From Acidobacteriota bacterium (GTDB lineage Bacteria; Acidobacteriota; Terriglobia; Bryobacterales; Bryobacteraceae), in NCBI GenBank assembly GCA_050261515.1, contig JBLNDJ010000024.1:5849-69848 (forward strand): DNA of 64,000 nucleotides. The letters run 5' to 3'. A program made the position numbers and the translations under genes. Shown here one piece after another: positions 17,339 through 25,675 of this stretch. The first letter of the stretch is position 1, and every line of letters starts with the position of its first letter. The notes under the pieces were generated by a model, which did no database searches, was not told the origin of the DNA, and was given only the letters and a program-made list of their open reading frames with translations.

Positions 17339-18497
17339 GAAGCGCTCCGGCGGAAGGCTCCGCATCGATCAGGTGCATGTGGGGGATGAACCCGCTCCGT
17401 TTCGAGTAGTAACGATCGATCAAACCGCTGCGCACGCGCTCCCGGCTCAACGCATCGCACAGGACGACGGCGCATCCGCCGAAGCCTGCGCCGGTCAGCC
17501 GCGCGCCGAGCGCACCCGAGGCACGCGCGGCTTCGGTAAGCTCATCGAGTGCCGGGCAGCTCACGCGCAGCTTGTCGCGCAGGCTCGCGTGCGACTCGTT
17601 CAGGATGCGCCCGAATCCCTCCGCATCGCCTGAGCCCATCGCCCGAACGGCGTCCTTCACGCGGAACGCCTCGCTCGTCACGTGCAGGAAGCAGTCGAGG
17701 TCCTCGCCCTCTATCTTCGCGCCGGCCAGCGCTTTCAACTCGTCGAACGAGTGGTTCTCAACGGCCTCGCGGTAGCTGGCGAGGCCTAACCGCCCGAGCG
17801 CGCGCGTCCCGGCGACGCGCCGCGAATTGTACTGCGCCTTCACCGCACCCGATTTCTCGGCCGTCGTGAGGCTGTGAGCCACCAGAAAACTCCAGCCCTT
17901 GGGGATCGGAACCTGGGACACGCTCACCGGCGCAAAACGGACCAGCAGCGCGCATCCGGGCGTCGAAGCGAGCACGGCCGCGTGGTCCATGCCGCCGCCC
18001 CGCGTGCCCACGAAGTACTCGCCTTCGGGCAGGATCTCCATCAGCTCTTCGAACGTGGCGCGCACGCCGTTGGCCTCGAGCAGCGCGAGCGTGAAACCCG
18101 TCAGCAGCGCGGACGACGACGAGAGCCCGGCCGCGGGCGGAAGGTCGGAGACGATGGCCGCATCGACGCCGCGTTCGAGCTTCCAGCGCCCTTGCACGGC
18201 CTGCGCTGCGGCCTTCACGTAGTTCGCCCAATCGCCCGGCTCGCCGGGCTCGAGCCGCTCGGTCCATTTGAACTCGCGCTCGCCGTAGCCGCTGCTGATG
18301 GCGCGTATGCAACGGTCCGCGCGCGCGCGGAACGCGATCCGTATGCGGCGCTCGGTCGCCATCGGCAACACAGGCAGGTTGTGGTAATCGACATGTTCGC
18401 CGATCAGATTCACGCGGCCCGGCGCGAACACGTATGAAGCCTCGCCCGGGCCGAAGTGCTCGGCGAGCAGAGTGGTAGAGTCTTGCGAAACTGGCAT
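17331..18497 (-). CDS. galK: Galactokinase / GHMP sugar-1-kinase, 388 aa
   Basis: APGRVNLIGEHVDYHNLPVLPMA (galactokinase signature) and LPPAAGLSSSSALL (GHMP motif). Start moved from 18863 to the ATG at 18497. Confidence 0.85.
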   Translation of the reverse strand: MPVSQDSTTLLAEHFGPGEASYVFAPGRVNLIGEHVDYHNLPVLPMATERRIRIAFRARADRCIRAISSGYGEREFKWTERLEPGEPGDWANYVKAAAQAVQGRWKLERGVDAAIVSDLPPAAGLSSSSALLTGFTLALLEANGVRATFEELMEILPEGEYFVGTRGGGMDHAAVLASTPGCALLVRFAPVSVSQVPIPKGWSFLVAHSLTTAEKSGAVKAQYNSRRVAGTRALGRLGLASYREAVENHSFDELKALAGAKIEGEDLDCFLHVTSEAFRVKDAVRAMGSGDAEGFGRILNESHASLRDKLRVSCPALDELTEAARASGALGARLTGAGFGGCAVVLCDALSRERVRSGLIDRYYSKRSGFIPHMHLIDAEPSAGALHG

Positions 18498-18520
18498 TCT
18501 CTGGTTTCTCGCGGGCGAAG

Positions 18521-19141
18521 CTAATCCTTCCGCACGCTCACTTCCCTGAAATAAACGGTCGAGCCGGCGTCGTGGTTCTGAAGGCCGATGTAACCGCTCG
18601 CGGGGCGCGGGCCGCGCACGGGTTCGTACCACATCTTGCGCTCCGGGACGGCCTGGTGGCCGAAGAAGTCGTTCACCTTTTCGCCGTTCAGGTACACGAT
18701 GGTCTCGGGCCCTTTGATGGTGATGTCCATCGTGTTCCACTCGCCGGCCGGCTTCTGGGCACGTTTGGTGACTTTGCTGAGCGAGTAGATCGCGCCGCTG
18801 CAATGCCAGTCGTCGCCCATCGCCTCGATCTGGACTTCGTAGCCGTTGTGGACACCGTACCACGCATCCTTCGGCTCCTCGGGCAGCCGTATGTAAACGC
18901 CGGAATTGGCGCGCTTGCCCTCGGTCTTGAAGACCACGCGAATCGTGGAATCGCCGATCTTCCCGCCGGTGTAGTAGAGCAGCCCCATGCCGCCCTGAGT
19001 TTTGAGCAGACCGTTTTCGACGACGAACTCGCCCGGCCCGACGTGCTTCCAGCCGGTCAGGTCCTTGCCGTTAAAAAGGGGTTTCCAGTCGGCCGCGCAG
19101 CACAGGCCGGCAATCACGAGCGCGAGGACGGGGAGACGCAT
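18521..19141 (-). CDS. DUF1080 (3-keto-disaccharide hydrolase family) secreted protein, 206 aa
   Basis: Signal peptide followed by WKPLFNGKDLTGWKHVGPGEFVVENGLL and a C-terminal IGLQNHDAGSTVYFREV, both typical of DUF1080. Confidence 0.8.
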   Translation of the reverse strand: MRLPVLALVIAGLCCAADWKPLFNGKDLTGWKHVGPGEFVVENGLLKTQGGMGLLYYTGGKIGDSTIRVVFKTEGKRANSGVYIRLPEEPKDAWYGVHNGYEVQIEAMGDDWHCSGAIYSLSKVTKRAQKPAGEWNTMDITIKGPETIVYLNGEKVNDFFGHQAVPERKMWYEPVRGPRPASGYIGLQNHDAGSTVYFREVSVRKD

Positions 19142-19247
19142 AACTTAAGATTCTAGCGTGTGGGGCAGCCTCTCAGGCACGGCCGCCCCTGCTCACGGCC
19201 CGCCTCCGCGGTGCGCGGGGACGCCGCAGGACCGGGGGCCTCCCCCG

Positions 19248-20630
19248 CTACCCCTCCGGCGGAACGTCGAAGCTCACCAGCTTGCCGCGGAACCCGCGCG
19301 TCCGGATCGCTCCATAGACGATCCCCACCAGCACCCACGCGCCGCCCCAGATTTTCGCCGGCGGCTGCAAGCTCAGAAAGATGATCAGGCAGAACGTGAA
19401 GCCGATCGCGGGCAGCACGGCGTCCGCCCAGCGCCGCTCCGCGCCGCCGCGCAGCCAGTAGTGCCGGAACGCCGCCGCGTTGACGCCCATGAACCCGATG
19501 AACGCGCCGAAGTTCAGCATCTGCGCCCCGAGATCGTAGTTGATAAGCATCGCTCCGCCGAAGCAGATCAGTCCGATCAGAAGAATGTTGTTCCGCGGGA
19601 TGCGCCGTTTCGCGTCGATGGCCGCGAAGAACCGCTTCGGCAGCGCGTTGCCGCGGCCCATGCCGTAGAGCAGCCGCGCGGCGCCGAGCTGCGTCCCCAT
19701 GCCGGAGCCGATCGTCGCAACCAGCAGCGTCACGTTCACCAGCGTCGCCAGCCAGTGCCCCGCGATCATGCTGCCCACCTGCGCGTACGCCGTCTCGGGC
19801 TTGTCGCCGAAACCCACGCCCGAGGGCCACACCACCTGCGCCGCGAAGACTTCGATCGACGCGAGCAGCCCCGTCGCCACGCACGTCAGCACGGTCGCGC
19901 GCAGGATGTTGCGCCGCGGGTCGCGCACTTCCTCCGACAGCGTCGAGATGCTGTCGAACCCCATGTAGGTGAGCGCCGCGAGCGAAGTGCCCGTCAGCAC
20001 CGCGCGCGCCTGGAACGTCGCCGGATCGTAGAAAGGCCGCGTCCACGAAATCGACGCCTGCGACGGCAGACCGAAGATGTACCGGATCGCCGCCAGCAGG
20101 AAGATCACGATCACCACGCCCATCCCGGCCGCCAGGAACTGGTTCGTGCGCGCCGTCGATTTGATGCCGCGCAGGTTGAGCGCCGTGAACAGCAGCGCGA
20201 AGAACGCGGCCCAGGCCGGAAACGGCATCGCGGGAAGCAGGCGTGAGAGCAGCGGGTCCTGAAGCATCGCCTGGCTGCACCACACCGTGCAGATCAGCGG
20301 GTTGATGATGTAGTCCATTGCCATGCTCCAGCCGGTGACGTAGCCGAGCGCGGGATGTATCTCGCGGCCGACGTACGTGAAGGCGGAACCCGCGCTGGGA
20401 TAGGCCGCCGCCATGCGCCCGTAACTGATCGCGGTAAACAGCATCGCGAGCATGGCGAACAGGATGGTCGTCACCGCGTGGCCGTGGGCTTTGTCCATCA
20501 CCACGCCGAACAGCGGCATGGGCGCGGTCGGCTGCACCACGATCACACCGTAAAGAACCAGGTCCCACAGGCCCAACGCGCGCCGAAGTCGTGGACCGGT
20601 CTCTTCGGCGGATTTCGAGACTGTGCTCAT
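19248..20630 (-). CDS. APC-superfamily amino acid/polyamine permease, 460 aa
   Basis: About 12 TM segments. N-terminal LRRALGLWDLVLYGVIVVQPTAP is typical of APC permeases. Start set at the ATG at 20630 (MSTVSK). Confidence 0.8.
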   Translation of the reverse strand: MSTVSKSAEETGPRLRRALGLWDLVLYGVIVVQPTAPMPLFGVVMDKAHGHAVTTILFAMLAMLFTAISYGRMAAAYPSAGSAFTYVGREIHPALGYVTGWSMAMDYIINPLICTVWCSQAMLQDPLLSRLLPAMPFPAWAAFFALLFTALNLRGIKSTARTNQFLAAGMGVVIVIFLLAAIRYIFGLPSQASISWTRPFYDPATFQARAVLTGTSLAALTYMGFDSISTLSEEVRDPRRNILRATVLTCVATGLLASIEVFAAQVVWPSGVGFGDKPETAYAQVGSMIAGHWLATLVNVTLLVATIGSGMGTQLGAARLLYGMGRGNALPKRFFAAIDAKRRIPRNNILLIGLICFGGAMLINYDLGAQMLNFGAFIGFMGVNAAAFRHYWLRGGAERRWADAVLPAIGFTFCLIIFLSLQPPAKIWGGAWVLVGIVYGAIRTRGFRGKLVSFDVPPEG

Positions 20631-20673
20631 AAGTTCTCCGATTGTGACATGATTCTGGTGGAGCGGGTTGTCA

Positions 20674-21759
20674 ATGCTCGACCGCATTAAATCCTACATA
20701 CGGCGCACGCTCCGGGAGCGGGTCACCTTCGGCGGCGCGCTGTTCGCGCTGGCGATGCTGCTGGTCGGCGTCGCCGCGGCGGTCTCGGCCAACAACCTGT
20801 TGTTCCTCATCGTGGCGGCCATGGTTTCGACCCTGTTGGTGTCGGGCTTCATCAGCCGTCTTTCGCTCGCCGGCCTGGAACTCGATTTCGTGCTCCCCGA
20901 GCACATCGCGGCCCGCCGCAAGCTGGCCGGACGCATCTACGTGAGGAACGCCAAGAGCTGGCTGCCTTCGTTCTCCGTTACGCTCGGCGGCGAGAACGAT
21001 AATCTGCTCACGACCCTTTACTTCCCCGTGATTCCCGGCGGCGCGACCCTCGATGAAACCGTCGAGGTCCGGTTCGAGCGCCGCGGCATCTATCGCGAGA
21101 GCGGCTTCCGGTTCTCGACCAGCTTCCCGTTCGGCTTCATCGAGCGGCACGCCGCCGTGACGCTCCGGCACGACATTCTCGTCTACCCCTCCATCGATCC
21201 GCAGCCCGGCTTCGAGGAAATGCTCGCGGCCGTGCGCGGCGATCTTGAAGCGCAGGTGCGCGGCCGCGGGCACGACTTCTACCGCATTCGCCCCTACGAG
21301 GCGCTCGAAAGCGCGCGGCACGTGGACTGGAAGGCCAGCGCCCACACCGGAGAGTTGCAAGTGCGCGAGTTCGCGCGCGAGCAGGAACGCCTGCTCGAAG
21401 TCTTTCTAGACCTCGACGTGCCGCCCGAGCGCGGTGAATGGTTCGAGCTCGCCGTGGACGCCTGCGCGTTCCTGGTCTGGCGCGTTGCCGGGCAAGGCAC
21501 GCGGCTGCGCTTCCGCACCCAGGAGTTCGACGCGAGCGTTCCCGAGACGGGCGACGTCTATACTGTTCTCAGGTACCTGGCCACGGTCCCGGCGAACCCG
21601 GGCAGAGCGCCGGTCTCTCCCGGGGATGAGGAAAGCTATCAACTGGTGTTCACCTGCTCGGACATGGAAACGATGGCGCGCGCCGGCTGGGGCATGGGGC
21701 GCGTTGTGGGGCCTGACGCTCTGGCCCGCCCTGCTGTGGGCGCAGACCCAGACGCCTGA
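20674..21759 (+). CDS. DUF58 domain protein with two N-terminal TM segments, 361 aa
   Basis: HDFYRIRPYEALESARHVDWKASAHTGELQVREF is the DUF58 core motif. I prefer the ATG at 20674 to the TTG at 20668. Confidence 0.75.
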   Translation: MLDRIKSYIRRTLRERVTFGGALFALAMLLVGVAAAVSANNLLFLIVAAMVSTLLVSGFISRLSLAGLELDFVLPEHIAARRKLAGRIYVRNAKSWLPSFSVTLGGENDNLLTTLYFPVIPGGATLDETVEVRFERRGIYRESGFRFSTSFPFGFIERHAAVTLRHDILVYPSIDPQPGFEEMLAAVRGDLEAQVRGRGHDFYRIRPYEALESARHVDWKASAHTGELQVREFAREQERLLEVFLDLDVPPERGEWFELAVDACAFLVWRVAGQGTRLRFRTQEFDASVPETGDVYTVLRYLATVPANPGRAPVSPGDEESYQLVFTCSDMETMARAGWGMGRVVGPDALARPAVGADPDA

Positions 21760-23563
21760 GCCGGTCCGCACGTCGGTCACGGTGACGGACCGCATCGAAG
21801 CCGAGTCCCCCGCCACACTCACCACAGTCTCCGCCGAAGAATTGCAAGACACCCCGGGCGTGAACATCGACGACCGCCTGCGCACGGCCGTGACGGGCTT
21901 CTCGCTGTTCCGCCGCTCGTCCAGCCTGGTGGCGCATCCCACCACGCAGGGCGTTTCGCTGCGCGGGCTCGGCTCCTCGGGCGCAAGCCGCACGCTCGTG
22001 CTGCTCGACGGCGTCCCGATGAACGACCCGTTCGGCGGTTGGGTCTACTGGGACCGCTTCTCGCCGGACGAGCTGGCGCGCGTCGAAGTCGTGGAAGCGG
22101 CTTCAACCAGCGCCTTCGGCGACCGCGCCATGGGCGGCGCCATCGCCTTCTTCTCGCGGGAACCGGAACGGCTGCACCTGGTGGCGCGCTACCAGGGCGG
22201 CAACCACAACACGCACGAGGTCTCCGCCGGATTCTCGAACCTATGGACGCGCTGGGCCGCGAGCGGCGACGTCCGCGCGTTTACGACGGATGGGTATTTC
22301 ATCGTTCCCGCGTCGATCCGCGGCGCGGTGGATGAGCCCGCATCGCTGCGCTTCGTCGGCGCGGGAACGCGCGTCGACCTCTTCGGCGCGGCGTCGCGGC
22401 TCTTCATCCGGTTCGACATGCTCGCCGAGGAACGGCACAACGGAACCGCGCTCCAGCGCAACTCGACCGGGCTCGGCATGTTGTCGTTTCACTACGCGCG
22501 CGACTTCGGACGCAACACCCTGAGCGCGGTCGTCTACCGCACCCAGGAGGAGTTCCGCTCGACATTCTCCGCGATCGCGGCCGGCCGCAACTCCGAGCGG
22601 CTGACCTCGCGCCAGAGTGTCCCGGCCGGCGGCACGGGCGGCTCCGCGTTGTTCGGCCGCAGCGGCAGCGCGTTCCAGTGGCTCGCGGGCGCGGATGCGA
22701 ACCGTGCGGACTACTCTTCCGGACCCCCGCTCGGTAGCGTCGACCTTTTCCAGCACGGCGTCTTCGGACAGGCCAGCGCCGCCGCGGGTCCGGCACGGTT
22801 CTACGCCGGAGCGCGGCACGACTTCACCGCGGGCGGCCGCACGTTCTTCAGCCCAAGCGCGGGCATGGCCGTGGGCCTCGGACCGCTGCGCGCGCGCGGC
22901 TCGGTGTATCGCGGTTTCCGCTCGCCCACGCTCAACGAGCTTTACCGCGATTTCCGGGTGGGCAACTCGGTCACGCAGGCGAACCCGGATCTCCGCCCCG
23001 AAACGCTCTTTGGCGCTGAGGGGGGATTCGATTTCGTTGCCGGGCGCGTGAAGGCGTCGGTCACCGCCTACCGCAATTCGCTCTCGGACCTGATCACCAA
23101 TGTCCTGCTCGAATCGACGCCGAACCTGCTCCTGAGCCAGAGGCAAAACGCGGCCTCGGCGATCACGCGCGGATTCGAAGTCCGCATTGAGCCGCGCTGG
23201 CGCAATTTCACGGGCGATCTGAGCTACCTCTTCGCCGATGCGCGCTTCTCCACGGGCGCGCGCATTCCGCAGGTGCCGCGGCACCAGGGCGCGGCGCGCG
23301 CGGGCTACAGCCGCGGCGGCACGTTCCTGTCGGCCGCGGTGCTCAGCTACAGCTCGCAGTACGAGAACGAGCTCTTCCTGCTGCCAGGCTTCGCGACCGT
23401 GCAGTTCTTCGCACAGCGCCGCATCGTGCGCGCGCTCTCGGCCATCGCGGAAGTCCAGAATGCCTTCGACCGCCAATACGTCGCCGGCCTGACCCCAACG
23501 CCGACCACCGGCATGCCGCGCCTCTGGCGCGCCGGCCTGCGCTGGGACGGCCGTCTGCGCTAA
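21626..23563 (+). CDS. TonB-dependent receptor, 645 aa
   Basis: Signal-like N-terminus, then a plug domain (VSLRGLGSSGASRTLVLLDGVPMNDPFGGWVYW) and a beta-barrel region (RSPTLNELY). With the ATG at 21626 it overlaps the DUF58 3' end by 134 nt, so the start is uncertain. Confidence 0.75.
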   Translation: MRKAINWCSPARTWKRWRAPAGAWGALWGLTLWPALLWAQTQTPEPVRTSVTVTDRIEAESPATLTTVSAEELQDTPGVNIDDRLRTAVTGFSLFRRSSSLVAHPTTQGVSLRGLGSSGASRTLVLLDGVPMNDPFGGWVYWDRFSPDELARVEVVEAASTSAFGDRAMGGAIAFFSREPERLHLVARYQGGNHNTHEVSAGFSNLWTRWAASGDVRAFTTDGYFIVPASIRGAVDEPASLRFVGAGTRVDLFGAASRLFIRFDMLAEERHNGTALQRNSTGLGMLSFHYARDFGRNTLSAVVYRTQEEFRSTFSAIAAGRNSERLTSRQSVPAGGTGGSALFGRSGSAFQWLAGADANRADYSSGPPLGSVDLFQHGVFGQASAAAGPARFYAGARHDFTAGGRTFFSPSAGMAVGLGPLRARGSVYRGFRSPTLNELYRDFRVGNSVTQANPDLRPETLFGAEGGFDFVAGRVKASVTAYRNSLSDLITNVLLESTPNLLLSQRQNAASAITRGFEVRIEPRWRNFTGDLSYLFADARFSTGARIPQVPRHQGAARAGYSRGGTFLSAAVLSYSSQYENELFLLPGFATVQFFAQRRIVRALSAIAEVQNAFDRQYVAGLTPTPTTGMPRLWRAGLRWDGRLR

Positions 23564-23607
23564 GTCCTGTCTAATAACTCAGCCCGCCCGCACCCCGCAT
23601 TGCTAGA

Positions 23608-25011
23608 ATGAGGTCAATGTCTTACGACGTCTTAATCATCGGCAGCGGGCCGGGGGGGTACTCGGCTGCGGTGCGCGCGGGACAATACGGGCTGCGCACG
23701 GCGATCGTGGAAAAAAACCCGCGGCTGGGCGGCACCTGCCTGCTCGTGGGCTGCATCCCGACCAAGTCTCTCTTGCACACGGCGGATCTCTGGCAGCATG
23801 TTAAGGACGGCGGCGGCGACGGCCTGCTCGTCGACAACCCCCGCCTGGACTATCCGCAGGTCATCGACCATAAGAACCAGATCGTCAACAAGCACTCGAA
23901 GGGCGTCGAGTTCCTGATGCGGAAGAACAAGGTCGATGTCCTCCGCGGAACCGCCACCATCAAGGGCCCGGGACGCGTCGAAATCACCGGCGAAAAGGGC
24001 CTCCAGACGGTCGAGACCAAAAACATCATCATCGCGACCGGCTCGGAGGCGCGGATGCTTCCCGGCCTGGAACCCGACGCCGACTACATCCTCACCAACG
24101 TCGAGATCCTCGACATGCGCGCCGTCCCGAAATCGCTGATCGTCATCGGCTCGGGCGCGGTCGGCAGCGAATTTGCCTCCATGTTCCACCGCTTCGGGAC
24201 TAAGGTCACGCTGCTCGAGATGCTGCCTCGCATAGTGCCCTTGGAGGACGAGGAGGTCTCGAAGGAGCTCGAGCGTCTGTTCAAGAAGAGCGGCATCCGC
24301 GTCGAAACCGGCGCGCGGGCCGGGAAGATCGAGCGCTGCAACGGCGGCGTGCAGGTCACCGTCACGCTTGCGAACGGCGCGAAAGAGGAGTTGAAGGCCG
24401 ATAAGGTGCTCATCGGCGTCGGGCGCAAGCCGGTCACCGGCGGCATCGGCCTCGAGAGCACGCGGGTCGAAACCGATCGCGGTTTCATCAAGGTGGATGA
24501 ATACCAGCAGACTGGTGAGCCGGGCATCTACGCAATCGGCGACGTCGTGGCGGGCACGCCGCAACTCGCACATGTCGCCACGCGCGAAGGCATGGTTGCC
24601 GTGGCGCGCATCGCCGGCAAGCCGGTCGAGCCGGTCAACCGCATGCTGATTCCCGCCTGCACCTACACCGAGCCGGGCATCGGCAGCGTAGGCCTCACTG
24701 AAGCCGAAGCGCGGGCCAAGGGCTACAAGGTGAAGGTCGGGAAGTTCACGTTCATGCCGAACAGCATGGCCTCGATCCTCGGGCAGCACAACGGCTTCGT
24801 GAAGGTCGTCTCGGACGAGCGCTACGGCGAGATTTTGGGCGTTCACATCATCGGCCCGCTCGCCTGGGAGCTGATTCCGGAGGGCGTGACCGCGATGTCC
24901 GCCCAGGCGACCGTCGAGACGATGATGAGCATGATCCACGCTCACCCGACCCTGCACGAGGCCGTCGGCGAAGCGTTCAACAACGTCTACGGGCTTGCGA
25001 TTAATGCGTAA
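23608..25011 (+). CDS. lpdA: Dihydrolipoyl dehydrogenase (E3), 467 aa
   Basis: YDVLIIGSGPGGY (FAD), GGTCLLVGCIPTK (redox disulfide), C-terminal HAHPTLHE. An alternative ATG lies at 23617. Confidence 0.9.
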   Translation: MRSMSYDVLIIGSGPGGYSAAVRAGQYGLRTAIVEKNPRLGGTCLLVGCIPTKSLLHTADLWQHVKDGGGDGLLVDNPRLDYPQVIDHKNQIVNKHSKGVEFLMRKNKVDVLRGTATIKGPGRVEITGEKGLQTVETKNIIIATGSEARMLPGLEPDADYILTNVEILDMRAVPKSLIVIGSGAVGSEFASMFHRFGTKVTLLEMLPRIVPLEDEEVSKELERLFKKSGIRVETGARAGKIERCNGGVQVTVTLANGAKEELKADKVLIGVGRKPVTGGIGLESTRVETDRGFIKVDEYQQTGEPGIYAIGDVVAGTPQLAHVATREGMVAVARIAGKPVEPVNRMLIPACTYTEPGIGSVGLTEAEARAKGYKVKVGKFTFMPNSMASILGQHNGFVKVVSDERYGEILGVHIIGPLAWELIPEGVTAMSAQATVETMMSMIHAHPTLHEAVGEAFNNVYGLAINA

Positions 25012-25675
25012 GTGCGAGCTGCACGACCTGGGCCGCATCGATTACGGCCCCTCGCTCGAGCTCCAGCGCTCGCTCGCGGAAAAGCGCAAGCAGGGACTTG
25101 TTCCGGACCAGCTGCTGCTCGTCGAGCACCCTCACGTCATCACGCTCGGCCGCAACGGGAAGATGCGCAACCTGCTCGCCAGTGAAGACGTGTTGCGCCG
25201 CGCCGGCATCTCGTTTTTCCCCACGGACCGCGGCGGCGACATCACCTATCATGGCCCCGGGCAGCTCGTCGGCTATCCGATCTTTGACCTGCGCGAGTGG
25301 AAGCGCGATGTAGTGGCTTACGTCCGCGCGATCGAGCAGGCGCTCATCGACACGCTGGCCGACTTCGGCATCGCCGCGGGCCGCGAGCAGGGGATGACGG
25401 GCGTCTGGGTGAAAGGAAAGAAGGTCGCGGCCATCGGGGTGCACCTCAGCCGCTGGATCACGTCGCACGGCTTCGCCCTGAACGTCACCACCGACCTGCG
25501 CTACTTCCAATACATCGTGCCGTGCGGGTTAACGAAGCCCGTGACGTCGATGGCGGAACTCGGGGCCGCCCCCTCGCGTCCCGAGCTGATCGGGTCGCTG
25601 TCGAGGCATTTTGCGGATATATTTCAACTGGAGATTGTGGAACCGGTGATGGTATCGGAGGAGGAGGCTATATGA
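25004..25675 (+). CDS. lipB: Lipoyl(octanoyl) transferase LipB, 223 aa
   Basis: RGGDITYHGPGQLVGYP and KVAAIGV motifs. The ATG at 25004 overlaps the lpdA stop by 8 nt. The ORF-track start at 24995 is a TTG. Confidence 0.85.
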   Translation: MRKCELHDLGRIDYGPSLELQRSLAEKRKQGLVPDQLLLVEHPHVITLGRNGKMRNLLASEDVLRRAGISFFPTDRGGDITYHGPGQLVGYPIFDLREWKRDVVAYVRAIEQALIDTLADFGIAAGREQGMTGVWVKGKKVAAIGVHLSRWITSHGFALNVTTDLRYFQYIVPCGLTKPVTSMAELGAAPSRPELIGSLSRHFADIFQLEIVEPVMVSEEEAI

